The notes under the pieces were generated by a model, which saw nothing but the letters and a program-made list of their open reading frames with translations, was not told where the DNA came from and searched no databases. A stretch of DNA of 63,966 nucleotides, counting the filler, from Octopus bimaculoides (Eukaryota), in assembly GCF_001194135.2 (NCBI RefSeq). It is 6 parts of 5 records of this genome, joined end to end, with 100 filler letters (N's around TTAATTAATTAA, not from the genome) between each part and the next. Parts side by side here need not be neighbours in the genome. Positions count along the whole stretch, not along the records: positions 25,239 to 34,963 come from NC_068985.1; positions 35,064 to 53,870 come from NW_026319105.1; 4 more parts are not named here. The stretch is one strand, 5' to 3'. The position numbers and the translations under genes are program-made. Positions 25,239 to 37,849 of this stretch are shown in pieces. Each line of letters begins with the position of its first letter. Position 1 is the stretch's first letter.

Positions 25239-25410
25239 TATATACGATGGGTTTCTTTCAGCTTCCGTCTACCAAATCCACTCACAAGGCTTTGGTCAAC
25301 CAAACTCTATAGTTGAAGACACTTGTCCGAGGTGCCACGCAGTGGGACTGAATACGGAACCATGTGCTGGGGAATCATATCTCTTACCATAGAGCGAAGC
25401 CTGCGCTTGT
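25239..25410 (-). mobile_element. SINE family A 5' half
   Basis: ttctttcagcttccgtctaccaaatccactcacaaggc...gtgccacgcagtgggactgaatacgg. Confidence 0.85.
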
Positions 25411-25597
25411 GATAGTCTTACATACAAAATATTTTTTTTTAATCGAATGGCCCTGGCTAGGAAGCTTATGTTCTTACGTCTGCTCACTCCGTGTTGGCCT
25501 AGGGTTGAAAAACAACAAAACTAACAGAGAACGTAAATACTGTTAATTAATATATACCTTGACAAACACGCAAAACACGTATACAAATAGAAGCTGT

Positions 25598-25633
<36 letters not shown>

Positions 25634-26297
25634 CTCACAGACACACAGGCATGCTCATAGACACACACACAGACACACACATACATGCACAAACAGAAAT
25701 AACGCCTCAATTGTAGTTGCTTCTCTAGACGCATACATACATATGCAGACAGACGCATATAAACATATATATCTACATACGCAGATGCACATACATGCAC
25801 ACATGAGCGTATAGACATCCAAATGCACCCATATACAGACACATGCATACATATCTCAATCATGTTTGCTTCTATAAAAGGCTAAACGAATGGTAGTCAC
25901 TATATGAAAAGATGATTCCAATTCAATTTCAATATTCATATCATTGTCTGACCTTTCACCTTTCTGAAAACTCCTCAAATGTCTTTCAGAAATTTACATA
26001 TGTAGATATATGGATGTAGGTGGTGTGTAACTATAAGTGTGGGTGTGACTGCGTTTGCCGCTTGTATGTATGTCCGTCTGTTTGTCTATATATACAGTAT
26101 ATTTCCATATGCATGAATGTGTGACTAGGTTTTGGTGTGCGTTTACTTACGTATCTATGTGGTATATGTATGTATATATGTATGTATGTCTAAATATGTA
26201 AATATATTTATATATATACACACACACACACTTATATATATATATATGTGTGTGTGTGTGTATTTGTGTGTGTTTGTGTGCGTATATGGATGAATAC

Positions 26298-26356
<59 letters not shown>

Positions 26357-27272
26357 AGTATACATCGGCACATACATTCCCATTTACTCTTTTTCTCAGA
26401 CACACAGCCATCCACATGTACGCTTACATATATGCACGTATCTGTACACCGTACACATATATACCACACATGGACACTCACGCACAGACGCCCGCACATA
26501 CACACACACCATATACATGTATACTCATCTATAAATATGTATACCTTTATATGAATATANNNNNNNNNNNNNNNNNNNNNNNNNNNNNNNNNNNNNNNNN
26601 NNNNNNNNNNNNNNNNNNNNNNNNNNNNNNNNNNNNNNNNNNNNNNNNNNNNNNNNNNNNNNNNNNNNNNNNNNNNNNNNNNNNNNNNNNNNNNNNNNNN
26701 NNNNNNNNNNNNNNNNNNNNNNNNNNNNNNNNNNNNNNNNNNNNNNNNNNNNNNNNNNNNNNNNNNNNNNNNNNNNNNNNNTATATATATACATATATAT
26801 ATATATATACACATCATTATAAATGTATTTATGTACGTATGTATATGTATTTGTGCACATTCGTAATTAGAGACGCCAAACTTCCACAGAAGCAATTATC
26901 TAATTAAAACCATTACAAATTACTCTAATGGCTTCTTGTTTTCGCCGTCAACAATATCCGAAATTAGCCTTATAGTTCATATGATGTGTATTTATATGTG
27001 AGAAACTCTCGACTATAAGTCTATATGCGCATGCGTGTGGCATTGTCTAAGCTCATGCCGATCGGTTGAACGTGTCTTGTATTTACGAACATGTCTGCTT
27101 ACCTCTATACACATCTGTTGCATTGGTTATGTCCGCTCGTTTATAAGATAAACGCTTGTCTTTCATTTTTTTTTCTCGTTACATGTCTACCTTTACATGC
27201 TTAAATTTTTTCTAATATCAATTTTCATATAAGCTGTGGAACAGCGCTGATGAGGAAGTACCAGAAATGGTA

Positions 27273-27303
<31 letters not shown>

Positions 27304-27305
<2 letters not shown>

Positions 27306-27668
27306 AGGCGGCGTGCTGATGGAATCGTCAGCACGCTGAGCAAAATGCCTTGCAGCATTTCGTCCGTCTTTACGTTTTGAGTTCAAGTTCTACGAAGGTC
27401 GACTTTACCTTTGATACTTTCGGTTTCGATAAAATAAGTACCAGCCAGATACTGGATTCGATGTGACTTCCACACCGCCTAAAACAACTGCCTGCTCTGT
27501 GCCAAAATTTGAAAGAATTATTATTGTCGTTGTTGTTGTTATTGTTGTTATGAATGGTTTGGCTCAGGTTCGGTCTTATTCCTGATAGGAGTTATGTGGG
27601 TAGCGGGTTACTACCTTAGGTTGTGAATGGTTAGGGTAGATGCAAACTGAAAGAAGTTGTGTGTATGT

Positions 27669-27732
<64 letters not shown>

Positions 27733-27960
27733 TTATGTGTGTTTGTCTTTGTGTCAGTGTTTTCCCTCCACCATCACTTGACAATGTTTACGTCCACGTA
27801 ACTTAATGGTTTGGTAAAAGACACCGACAAAATAAGTATTAGGCTTAGGAAGAATAAGTCCTGAGTTCGATTTCTTCATATTAAAACGCCTTCAAGGCGA
27901 TGCTCCAGCATGGCCGCAGTCAAATGACTGAAACAAGTAAAAGAATTAAAGAATAAAAGA
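27304..27960 (+). mobile_element. SINE family B (27304-27520) followed by SINE family A (about 27575-27960) with central (TG)n
   Basis: Similarity to the other copies in this window. Confidence 0.8.
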
Positions 27961-28408
27961 AAACTGTTCCTTATTTGAATATTTGATATTGCAAGTGAGA
28001 AGGGTGAGATGCCTAGGTTTAATGCTTCGCGAGGTTTAGTTGCACCCAGTACTCTCTAATTTAGATGATTAACACCAGACTTACTGCTACATTTCGTCAT
28101 TTCGTCATTTCAGACTCGACCCAAGTATGCTCGTGGTGCTAAAACGTGTAATATACTTGTGTCGATTCAATCAACTAAGCCCTAAATATTTTTCTAAATT
28201 GCTACTCAGAATTTCACGTACACAATCAGTAGACACCTCTCTGACGATCGCTTACGTGGTCATCCGATTATGAAGTTTTGGTGCCGCAGTAAAACACTAT
28301 ATTTTACTCCAGTCTTAGTATTTGAGTACTATTTTCGCCGCCATTTTTTTAACGTACGTGCTAGCGCATATCTATGTGCCATGAACATATATTTCTACAT
28401 GTATATAT

Positions 28409-28457
<49 letters not shown>

Positions 28458-28467
28458 NNNNNNNNNN

Positions 28468-28518
<51 letters not shown>

Positions 28519-30073
28519 TGTGTGGGGGTGTATGTATATGTATATACATACATATATATACATTATATTCATACACACACACGCACACGCACGCACACAC
28601 ATATACATATATATATACTTATGCATTACTCTCATATAAAGGATCAGTTTTTATTTATGTTTAGTAAATCGCAATTTTCTTTGTCCTTGACCCAAATTCA
28701 CTCACAAGATTAGGATCCCCCTAGGGGCTTCAGTGAAGAAACTTGCCCAAGATGGTAAGATGGAGATCAAATCCGAGACCTCATAATTACAAAAGGAACC
28801 CCTTAAATTCAGCTAGAGCTCAGTCAATATTTATAAGCTTTATGACATATTCAGTCATGAGAACGATTTGTCTCCCATCCGTTTTAAAAACCGTCTACAG
28901 CTAAGAATCGATCTCACTGTGAGTCTATATATAAATGTCCTCTATAAACGACAAAGTATCTTATAATTCCCATCTTTGGCTTCAAAAGTCAGCCTTAGCA
29001 AAAATATATACCAAAGAATGGAGATCCGAAACTAAATAGTAATGTGCCCGCTGCCATTCCGCTACTCTTACAAGTAGCAAATGCATCGTCGATAGCAAGC
29101 TATCATTGCTTATATAAATAGCGGGTTTATCGATTAGTTTTCACTAGAAATTCAAAGGAAAATATTTCTGAATCAAACTGGATTCAAAATTCTGTTACTA
29201 TTGCAACGAATGGTGCAACATAGTTGCTGCTATTGCAGTTCTGATTGTTGTAATGNNNNNNNNNNNNNNNNNNNNNNNNNNNNNNNNNNNNNNNNNNNNN
29301 NNNNNNNNNNNNNNNNNNNNNNNNNNNNNNNNNNNNNNNNNNNNNNNNNNNNNNNNNNNNNNNNNNNNNNNNNNNNNNNNNNNNNNNNNNNNNNNNNNNN
29401 NNNNNNNNNNNNNNNNNNNNNNNNNNNNNNNNNNNNNNNNNNNNNNNNNNNNNNNNNNNNNNNNNNNNNNNNNNNNNNNNNNNNNNNNNNNNNNNNNNNN
29501 NNNNNNNNNNNNNNNNNNNNNNNNNNNNNNNNNNNNNNNNNNNNNNNNNNNNNNNNNNNNNNNNNNNNNNNGGTGGTGCATTAAAACTGCTATTCATAAT
29601 TTTGTTTAGACATAAACGTGATTAATAAAATGAGACACAATTGTTTTTTCATATTATGTATTTTGTAATATTTTCAACAGTAAAATTATTTTTTAAGTCT
29701 CTAAGCAAAGTGTTCCATTAATTTTTTTATTGCCTTCTCGAGAAGACTGAGAAACACAGCTGTAAGGATTATAGAATTAAACCTTAATCAAAGTATCCTG
29801 TTATATCTTTGTTAAACAATCCAGGTTGGACTTCTTGAATTTGGAAGTAAATGATCTTATATTTCCGATGGTCAGGTAGTTTCCTGGCTCTCAAAGTTTT
29901 GCATCTACGACCATTAAGATGGGGCTGTTGACAGCGCTAAACCACCGAATTATGTTTTCTGTAACAAGTGTATTAGGGGATTCAGTACTTACTGCTGATA
30001 TTTATTTGAATATTAACCCCTTCGGGATGTCAACCATGGGATTAAGGGATGAAAATAGTGATGTTAGTTTTAA

Positions 30074-30365
30074 CCCATTACCTACCAGTGATCTCATGTG
30101 AGATCACTTAAAAATTTACCAATTTCGTAATTATCTGTCAATATTTACACATATCTAACCTTTTTGCTATATTTACTAGGTATATTTCTCTGATATTCAA
30201 ATGAGGTTTACTAATTTTTTATCCAATATCTCGCTTATTTCTATTTAAAATGTTATTTTGAAATGTTATTTTGATCATTTCAGTGTATTTCTAAGGCTGT
30301 TTTAGGCTAGAAATCAAAGTTTCATAAAAAAAGTTCCAGTTAATAGATTTATGGGAGGTAATGGG
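30074..30365. mobile_element. TTAA-flanked MITE (piggyBac-like)
   Basis: TTAA(30070-73)-cccattacct...aggtaatggg-TTAA(30366-69): 10-bp perfect terminal inverted repeats with CCC/GGG ends. Confidence 0.85.
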
Positions 30366-30666
30366 TTAAGAAGCCTCAGTATAAATCATTATCCATTCAT
30401 AAAATGTGGAGTTATTTAAGAAATTAGATAATAAGGACACGTCAGTAAATAATTTGTGTAAGTATTCTTTTTACATGCTGGGTTTGGATGAAATAAAACT
30501 GCCCCTGACTTTCTCAAACTTTCCTAGATGGGTGAGATTGAGGCCATTGATGTTTCTCTTGAACTTTTGTCATTCAACACCTGTAAAAAGTATATGAGCA
30601 AAGAAGCATTTTCTAGAAGACCGACGTTCTGGAAAGGAAGAACTAGACTTAGTGATTCGAGTGAAA

Positions 30667-30765
30667 CTTAGGCTGGAGTCGACTCCAGCCTAAGAGTAAT
30701 GACACAACAAGAGTATGACACAACAAGAGTAATGACACAACAAGAGACACAACAAGAGTAATGAG
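30667..30765. repeat. 28-bp perfect palindrome followed by ~17-bp gagtaatgacacaacaa tandem units
   Basis: cttaggctggagtc|gactccagcctaag at 30667-30694, no loop. Confidence 0.95.
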
Positions 30766-31759
30766 AGGAGGAGAAACAGGTAGGAAGAAAACAGATTGGG
30801 CTGAGGTGATATGAAGACAGCCAGTTGCAAGGAGCAGCGGCAGAAAAAGTAGAAAGATGTTCAAATCATTAACTATTTATGACTTAAAGAAGCAAAAGGA
30901 GTAGATTTTAGTGGGTCCATTTTCATTTTCTACCACTTTTCCGTGACTCCAATGCCAAATCACAAGGTTGGCGAATCTAAAATGTTGTTATATACTAATC
31001 TAAAGTGTTGTTATATACAGGATTAATATAGGGATATAGTGACGTTGTATGGAGCTTGGAATGATTATAGTTGGATTGTTAGTTTATAATTATAGATTGA
31101 AAATCTCTCTCTCCGTTGTTTCAATATTTTTTTATTCACTATTCAGTTACTTCATTTTGGAAATGAGGCTGGCGTTACTGCAGCTCTTTGCTAATAATGC
31201 TGCCGTTGTCAGTATTGCAGTTTATTTTGTTGTTACAACCTATTGCCTGTTGTTGTTTGTATTGTTATTGATTTTGTCATTGCATAACTTTCAGCCTAGT
31301 CTGACTCAGCAGATCAAAATCATTCCAGCCATCACATGACATCTGTTTCATTAAACATAGTATATAAGTGGAACTATGTTTTGCAGCGTGTCCTTTTTAT
31401 TCCGACAGCAGTAGTTTGAAGACGATTTGGCCAATGTTTTTACCAGATGAAACGGCACTACGCCGGCTTTCCTTACAGATAAGTTTTTTTTTTTCTGTCT
31501 CGCACAGCATGGAAGTAGAAACATCTCCAAGAATGCTGAGATTCTTGAAAAATAGTCAAACAAATATTTTTTTTAAATGCAATAAAACGAAAATTGTTGT
31601 ATATATACATACATACAGTCATTCACACACATACACACACATATATATGTATGTAAGTATATGTATATGCATATATACGCATATGTGTGTGTGCGTGAGT
31701 GTGTCTATGTATGTACATCTATTTATATATATATATACATATATCTACACACATATAAA

Positions 31760-31833
<74 letters not shown>

Positions 31834-32457
31834 CATACATACATACATACACACACACACACGTACATAGAAAACGAGAGAGATACGTATATAGATAGAC
31901 GCGTCCAAGTGCGCATGCGTGTGTGTTTAATTACATGTACACTGTGTTCTTCGCGTCCGTAATTAATAACTCAATCGCCGACACGATCCAGACAAGTCTG
32001 GTAGGTAAGGAAAAGGGTTTAAACTAAAAATAATATAAGAAGTCCGTGATTAATGAGTAGAGATACAATTCCATACAATCAATTGAAAATTAAATTAATA
32101 ATTTCAAGTTAGAACACAGGGATCGTATAATAAATACTGCCCATTTGTATATATCAATTTTAGATCAGTAATGAATAATAAGGAATTAATCAGCTATTGA
32201 TCACTGTTATAGATGATATTTCAGGTTTGATAGTGAATTTCAGGACTAGTTATAACACCGCTGCATTTAAATTCTCCTATGGAAGACATATATGATTTGA
32301 TTTTGATGATGTATGCATGCGTGAGTGTACAACTCACACACACACATACTCAAACATATATACACGCCCACACACACGCACACATATAGATATGTAAACG
32401 TATATATGAGCATATACATTTACATGAGTTCATGAACCTTGGTTCTTTTCCCTAAAG

Positions 32458-32502
<45 letters not shown>

Positions 32503-33514
32503 AATATTAGGGACAAAATCCCAAAATTAGCTGATGTTAGTCAATTGTTGTTGATCAATATTTCTCCATTTTCTGTTTACTTTATATGTGTGTGTGTGTG
32601 TGTGTACATACACACACTTATGTATATAATGTACGTACATATGATAGTGGATTTTCATCGATGAGTTCTTGAAACTTGGTTATTTTCCCTAAAACTATAT
32701 AAATATATATATATATATATATATAAAGCTTAGTAAAGTTAGTGGTTGGAATAACCGTCTAAGGGATAAAAATATCCGTTTTACTACCGGTATAATTACC
32801 TATGTTAACCCTGGAATACATATGCAAGTATATTATGTTCATAGCTTACTGGCCATGACAAAGATAAACTGGGCCTTATCAGGAGTCAAATTTAAAATAA
32901 ACAGGAAATAGAGGAATATTGATCAACAACAATTGACTAGCATCAATTTTTACTTTTTAAAACAAATAAACTGTGTCCCATCTAACAGTTATTTCTGCTT
33001 CCACTGCTCTACGGTTTTGCCATTGAAAAATCTGAAACTAATATTCATCATATTTGGTAACATATCAACTCTGGAACACAGAGCTTCATCAGAGTGAAGA
33101 AGAATACATAAAAGAGAAGAAAATACCCTCGAGAAGATGAAAGGCTTAATATAATTAAATCATACCATTTTGCATATGTGTTATGTGTTGCTTCAGGGCG
33201 TTGAGTAAATGACTAAACGTAGAATATTAATTGGTGTGTTAATTTTCAATGGCAGTACTGTAGAACATTGCAAGCAGAAACAGCTGTTAGATGGGATAAA
33301 GTCTATTTGTATTAAAAAGTAGTAGCTGATGTTAATCAATTGTTGTTGATCAATATTTCTCCATTTTCTGTTTACTTTATATGTGTGTGTGTGTACATAC
33401 ACACACTTATGCATATAATGTGCGTACATATATATGTATATATATACATACACACACACACATATATATATATATCATATATATATATACATATATATTC
33501 TTTTATGCTTTTAT

Positions 33515-33905
33515 TTTTTAACTTGCTTCAGTCATTTTACTGGGGCCATGCTGGAGCACCGCTTTTTAGTCGAAGGAATCGACTCCTGGACTTATTCTTT
33601 ATAAGCCTGGTACTTATTTTATTGGTCTCTACAACCGAACCGCTAAGTTACAGGGACGTTAACACACCAACATCGGCTGTCAAGTGATTGTGGTGGTGAC
33701 AAACACAGACACAAAGACACACACATAAATATATACATATATATACGACGGGCTTCTTTCGGTTTCCGACTATCAAATCCGCTCACAAGGCTTTGGTCGG
33801 CCCGAGGTTATAGTTGACGACACTTACCCAAGGTGCCACACAGTTGGACTGAACTCGGAACTATGTGGTTGGGACGCAATCATCTTACCACACAGCCACG
33901 CCTGT
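33515..33905 (-). mobile_element. SINE family A, near full length
   Basis: Reverse-complement match to 60437-60830; CpGs retained. Confidence 0.9.
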
Positions 33906-35083
33906 ATATATATATGAATGATGTTGAGAGAGGAAAGTTGAAAATATGAGAGAGCGTGTAAGGGAATATATAAATAGACGGACAAACAAACAGATAGACA
34001 GACAGATGGGCAGACATACTGATAGATAGATAGATAGATGCATACATACATACATACATACATACATACATACATAAACACATAGACAGCTACATAATAA
34101 TATTATACTCTAATAATATATGTAGAGTTCTTCATTAATGCATATTTGATTAAATGCTTGACTGAGAAGCCTTTCCTACATTCTAACAAGCAATTGAGTT
34201 CGTATTGGCAGGATGTCTATTAATTTTCGTATCCTGTGAGAAAGGGGAAATGGTCGGCTGAGTTTTTTAGTTACTTCTATAGCTTTCTGGAGATTAACAG
34301 CGTATTGTCCTAGTGTTGATACTGTATTAGTACGATGTACTCAATAAACACATTTTACAGAGAATAAACATTCACTAAAAATTGACTTTATATATAAAGG
34401 TTTTGTTGGAAAGGGTTTGGATTTTGTTTTAGTTTCTGCTTCTAAATACATTCTTTTCTCTTTTTTTTGCATAATTTCAAGGCAGTTAGTGGAGAGAAAT
34501 GCAGATATTGATTATGTGGAGGAATGATTCAATGTTAGTGATGCTAGTTAGATAACCTACTGTTATTACTGTGTTTGCGTTATGCATGGAGAGACTTCTG
34601 TGTGCGTGTGTGTGTGTGTATGTGTCTGTGTTTGTGTGTGTTTGTGTGTGGGTGCGCGGTTTTATTAATGAAACATGGCTTGGACATGTAAGATGCATTT
34701 GTGCTTGAGTGTGTTTCACTATAGGCATTGAGTAGGGGTGTATGTAAAGGCATGCATATACACGTGCGCACACACACACTCACACACACACACACACACA
34801 CACAGAGCCATACTCACTCATACACACACACAAGCACACAAGCACTCATATGTGTGTGCGTATGTGCGTGTGTTCATAAGAATTATGCATATATATATAG
34901 ACATATACATATATAAATATATACAGATTCATATATATACAGATTCATATATATATATATATANNNNNNNNNNNNNNNNNNNNNNNNNNNNNNNNNNNNN
35001 NNNNNNNTTAATTAATTAANNNNNNNNNNNNNNNNNNNNNNNNNNNNNNNNNNNNNNNNNNNNCGGCCATGCTGGAGCACCGC

Positions 35084-35275
35084 CTTTAGTCAAGCAAATC
35101 AACCCTAGGACTTTGTAGGCCTAGTATTTATTCTATCATTCTCTGTTGCCGAACTGCAAGTTACAGGAACGTAAACACACCACCATCAGTTGTCAAGAGA
35201 TGTTGGGGGGACAAACACAGACACACAAACATATACACACACATACATATATATGACAAGCTTCTTTTCAGTTTC
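35084..35275 (-). mobile_element. SINE family A 3' half
   Basis: cggccatgctggagcaccgcctttagtc... Confidence 0.85.
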
Positions 35276-35279
35276 TGCA

Positions 35280-37270
35280 GATCTTCCCGAGTGGGAGCAC
35301 TCCCTCTTCAGTAGGAATCTGTGATTCATCCCCCTCACTCCATCCAGCAACGAATTTCAGACTCGTGCTGATATCCACAGCTTTGTGCGCCACGTTAGGT
35401 TTTGTGCGCTTTTCTGCGACACTCCACCTGCATCTAATGAGGAGGACTGCTTCGCCGACCATCCCACTGGACGCCAGCTCCTGGTCAGTTCCANNNNNNN
35501 NNNNNNNNNNNNNNNNNNNNNNNNNNNNNNNNNNNTCGATGTCTCCAACGCTGCACGGACATCATCATAAAACTGTCCGACAAGGGTGGAGCTGAGGTGG
35601 TGTGACTCGCGGACCTCTACAAGGTGGAAGCTCTCCGCCAACTTCAAGACATCTCCTCCTACTGCCCTACAACTCTACACCCAGCTACCAACAGACTGTG
35701 TCCTCCACTATCCATGACCTCATCTCCTCCTCCTGTCTAGCCCCCACCACCTCAAACCTCATTGTCTGCACCCCTTGCACTCCTGCAGTTTACTTCCTCC
35801 CCAAAACCTACAAACCTAACAACCCTGGCTGCCCCATCGTCTCTGCTTGCAACTGCCCCACCGAACTCATCTCCAGATATCTTGACTGTGTCCTTGCCCC
35901 ACTAGTGGCTTCCCTCCCCTCTCACATCCATGACACCAACTATGCTCTTCATTTGTTCAACTCTTTCTCCTTCCTGCCCCTCTAAAGTTCTCTTCACTCT
36001 TGACATCAAGAGTCTATACAGGGTGATCCTTCACCATAAGGGGCTGCGTGTACTCCAACATTTCCTTGACCTTCAACCCAACCCCCAACCTGACACATTC
36101 ACACTCCTTCATCTGGCCGAACTTGTCCTCTCACGTAACTGCTTCTCATTCACAAGTGGCCCCATCTATGCGAACCTGTTCGTTGGCTACATTGAGGCCC
36201 AAAATATTCTCAAGTTTCACTGGTCCCACTCCTGAACTATACGGTCGTTATATTGACTGTATCGGTGCAACCTCACTCTCCCACAAACATCTAGACTCAT
36301 TCCTCTCTTTTGTCAAATCTTTCCATCCTGCCCTCCACTTCTCCTGCACTATTTCCAACACCTCAGTCATCTTTCTTGACATTTCAGTCAGCATTCATCA
36401 CTCCACTCTCACCACCTCCATCCTCTACAAACACACAGACTCACACTCATACCTCAACTTCTCCTCCTCCTCCCACCCTAAACACACCAAGCTCTCCATC
36501 CCCTATTCCCAATTCCTCTGTCTACATATGCTCTGCAGTGACGGCCATGCCTTTGAGACTCAGTCTCAACTCATGGCTCACCACTTCATCCTACGTGGAT
36601 ATCCAAACACCAGTCTGTGTTTGGATTGTCCTTGTACAGGGGCTATCCGGACTCCCGTCTTCACTGTGAGCAGGGATTAATCTTCTCTATTCGCTCCTTT
36701 GCATAACATGGCCTCAACTCTCCTCCCCTCTTCATCTAACCCTTCTCCTCTCACACCTACTTCCTCCCACCCACCTCTCCTCTCTCACTGTGACACCTGC
36801 TTCCTCTCTTCACTCCCACCCACCTTCTCCCTTAATTGTCACCCCCTTTCTCGTTACCCCATCCCTACACATTCCAACTCCACCATCCCTATACATCCCA
36901 TCCCATCCCCACCCCATCCCTGAGACCCCACTCTTGCTTCCCCCACACCACACTAGCACTGACCACTTCCTAGTACCTACACCATCATCCACACACACAC
37001 ACACACACACCAATGTTACCAGTCCCCTACCACAGGCACATACACACACATACGCACCTTTGTTTTAGGATCACCACTACTTTATATCTCCCCTTCTTCC
37101 TAGCTCTCCTGTGTGACCCCTCTGTCTGGCATTCACCATGATAGATTGTTAGCCACTAAACCTTTTTCTATTTTCTCTCCCTGTTTATCATTGTGTTCCT
37201 TTCTGTCAAAGAGCATAGGCTCAAAATGTGAAAGACTTTCTCACTTCCCAAGCATTAAACTAACACATAG
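35280..37270 (+). mobile_element. Penelope-like retroelement, decayed RT with internal deletions
   Basis: YFLPKTYKPNNPGCPIVSACNCPTELISRYLD, FTLDIKSLY, YANLFVG, GRYIDC, FLDISV, HSYLNFSSSSHPKHTKLSIPYSQF...RGYP; then jumps to the end of GIY-YIG (36610-36730 matches 53520-53640), a pyrimidine-rich tail and a decayed hammerhead at 37199-37234. Confidence 0.92.
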
Positions 37271-37419
37271 CAACCAAGGTAGGCAGGTGCAGCCTACCCC
37301 AACCTTGAGCTGGCAGGTACCCATTCTCCTTTGCTATCAATACGATGCAAAAATGGTTTTCTTTTATGCCATGACATCAAAGAACATGCCATGTTCTTAT
37401 GCCATGACATCAAAGTTTC

Positions 37420-37720
37420 AAGATGACGTCATTTGATGCTCATTCAGTTCATGTGGTACCCACTTGTCCAGCATCTTTACCTTGCCAATTTGTTTCAGAT
37501 GGTCTAATACAGTCGGAATCGAACCATCAAACCTTGCTGCTAACTTACACATTGAGATGTATCCGCTTCCACTACAGTTTCAAGAGTAAAGTCACCAGTC
37601 TGAAATTTCTCAAACCATCAATGTACAGTGCACTCATTCGCCACATCTTCACCAAACACCTCATTGATGTTTCAAGTTGTCTGGGATGCATTGGTTCCAA
37701 AGGAATTTTTTTATCTATCT
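37420..37720 (-). mobile_element. mariner transposase N-terminal relic
   Basis: GTNASQTT*NINEVFGEDVANECTVH*WFEKFQTGDFTLE...IPTVLDHLKQIGKVKMLDKWVPHELNEHQ (WVPHEL motif). Confidence 0.92.
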
Positions 37721-37849
37721 ATGGGTTCAGAAAAATCGATTTACAAGAGAAAACTCACAATATAATCAGACACTATGAATTGCATTTCGAAAAATGATGA
37801 TGTAACTCTTCAATGTTGTAAAACAAAGAATTGTCAAGATAAAACATTA

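Noticed and set aside
27247-27275. CUGAUGA followed by GAAA
   Set aside because: Stem II only 2 bp and no stem I; better explained as a chance UACCA-GAAA-UGGUA hairpin.
29890-29958. Minus-strand exon ending in -AKL* (peroxisomal PTS1-like)
   Set aside because: Short, no partner exons, and alternative frames are equally plausible.
30529-30583. Possible minus-strand terminal exon VLNDKSSRETSMASISPI* continuing the 40-kb gene
   Set aside because: Good acceptor and matching phase, but it lies across an artificial scaffold join and intervening DNA retains CpG; unsupported.
30649-30864. Signal-peptide-like ORF MNIFLLFLPLLLATGCLHITSA
   Set aside because: Hydrophobicity comes from the antisense of a purine-rich, tandem-repeated stretch; no supporting splice or homology evidence.
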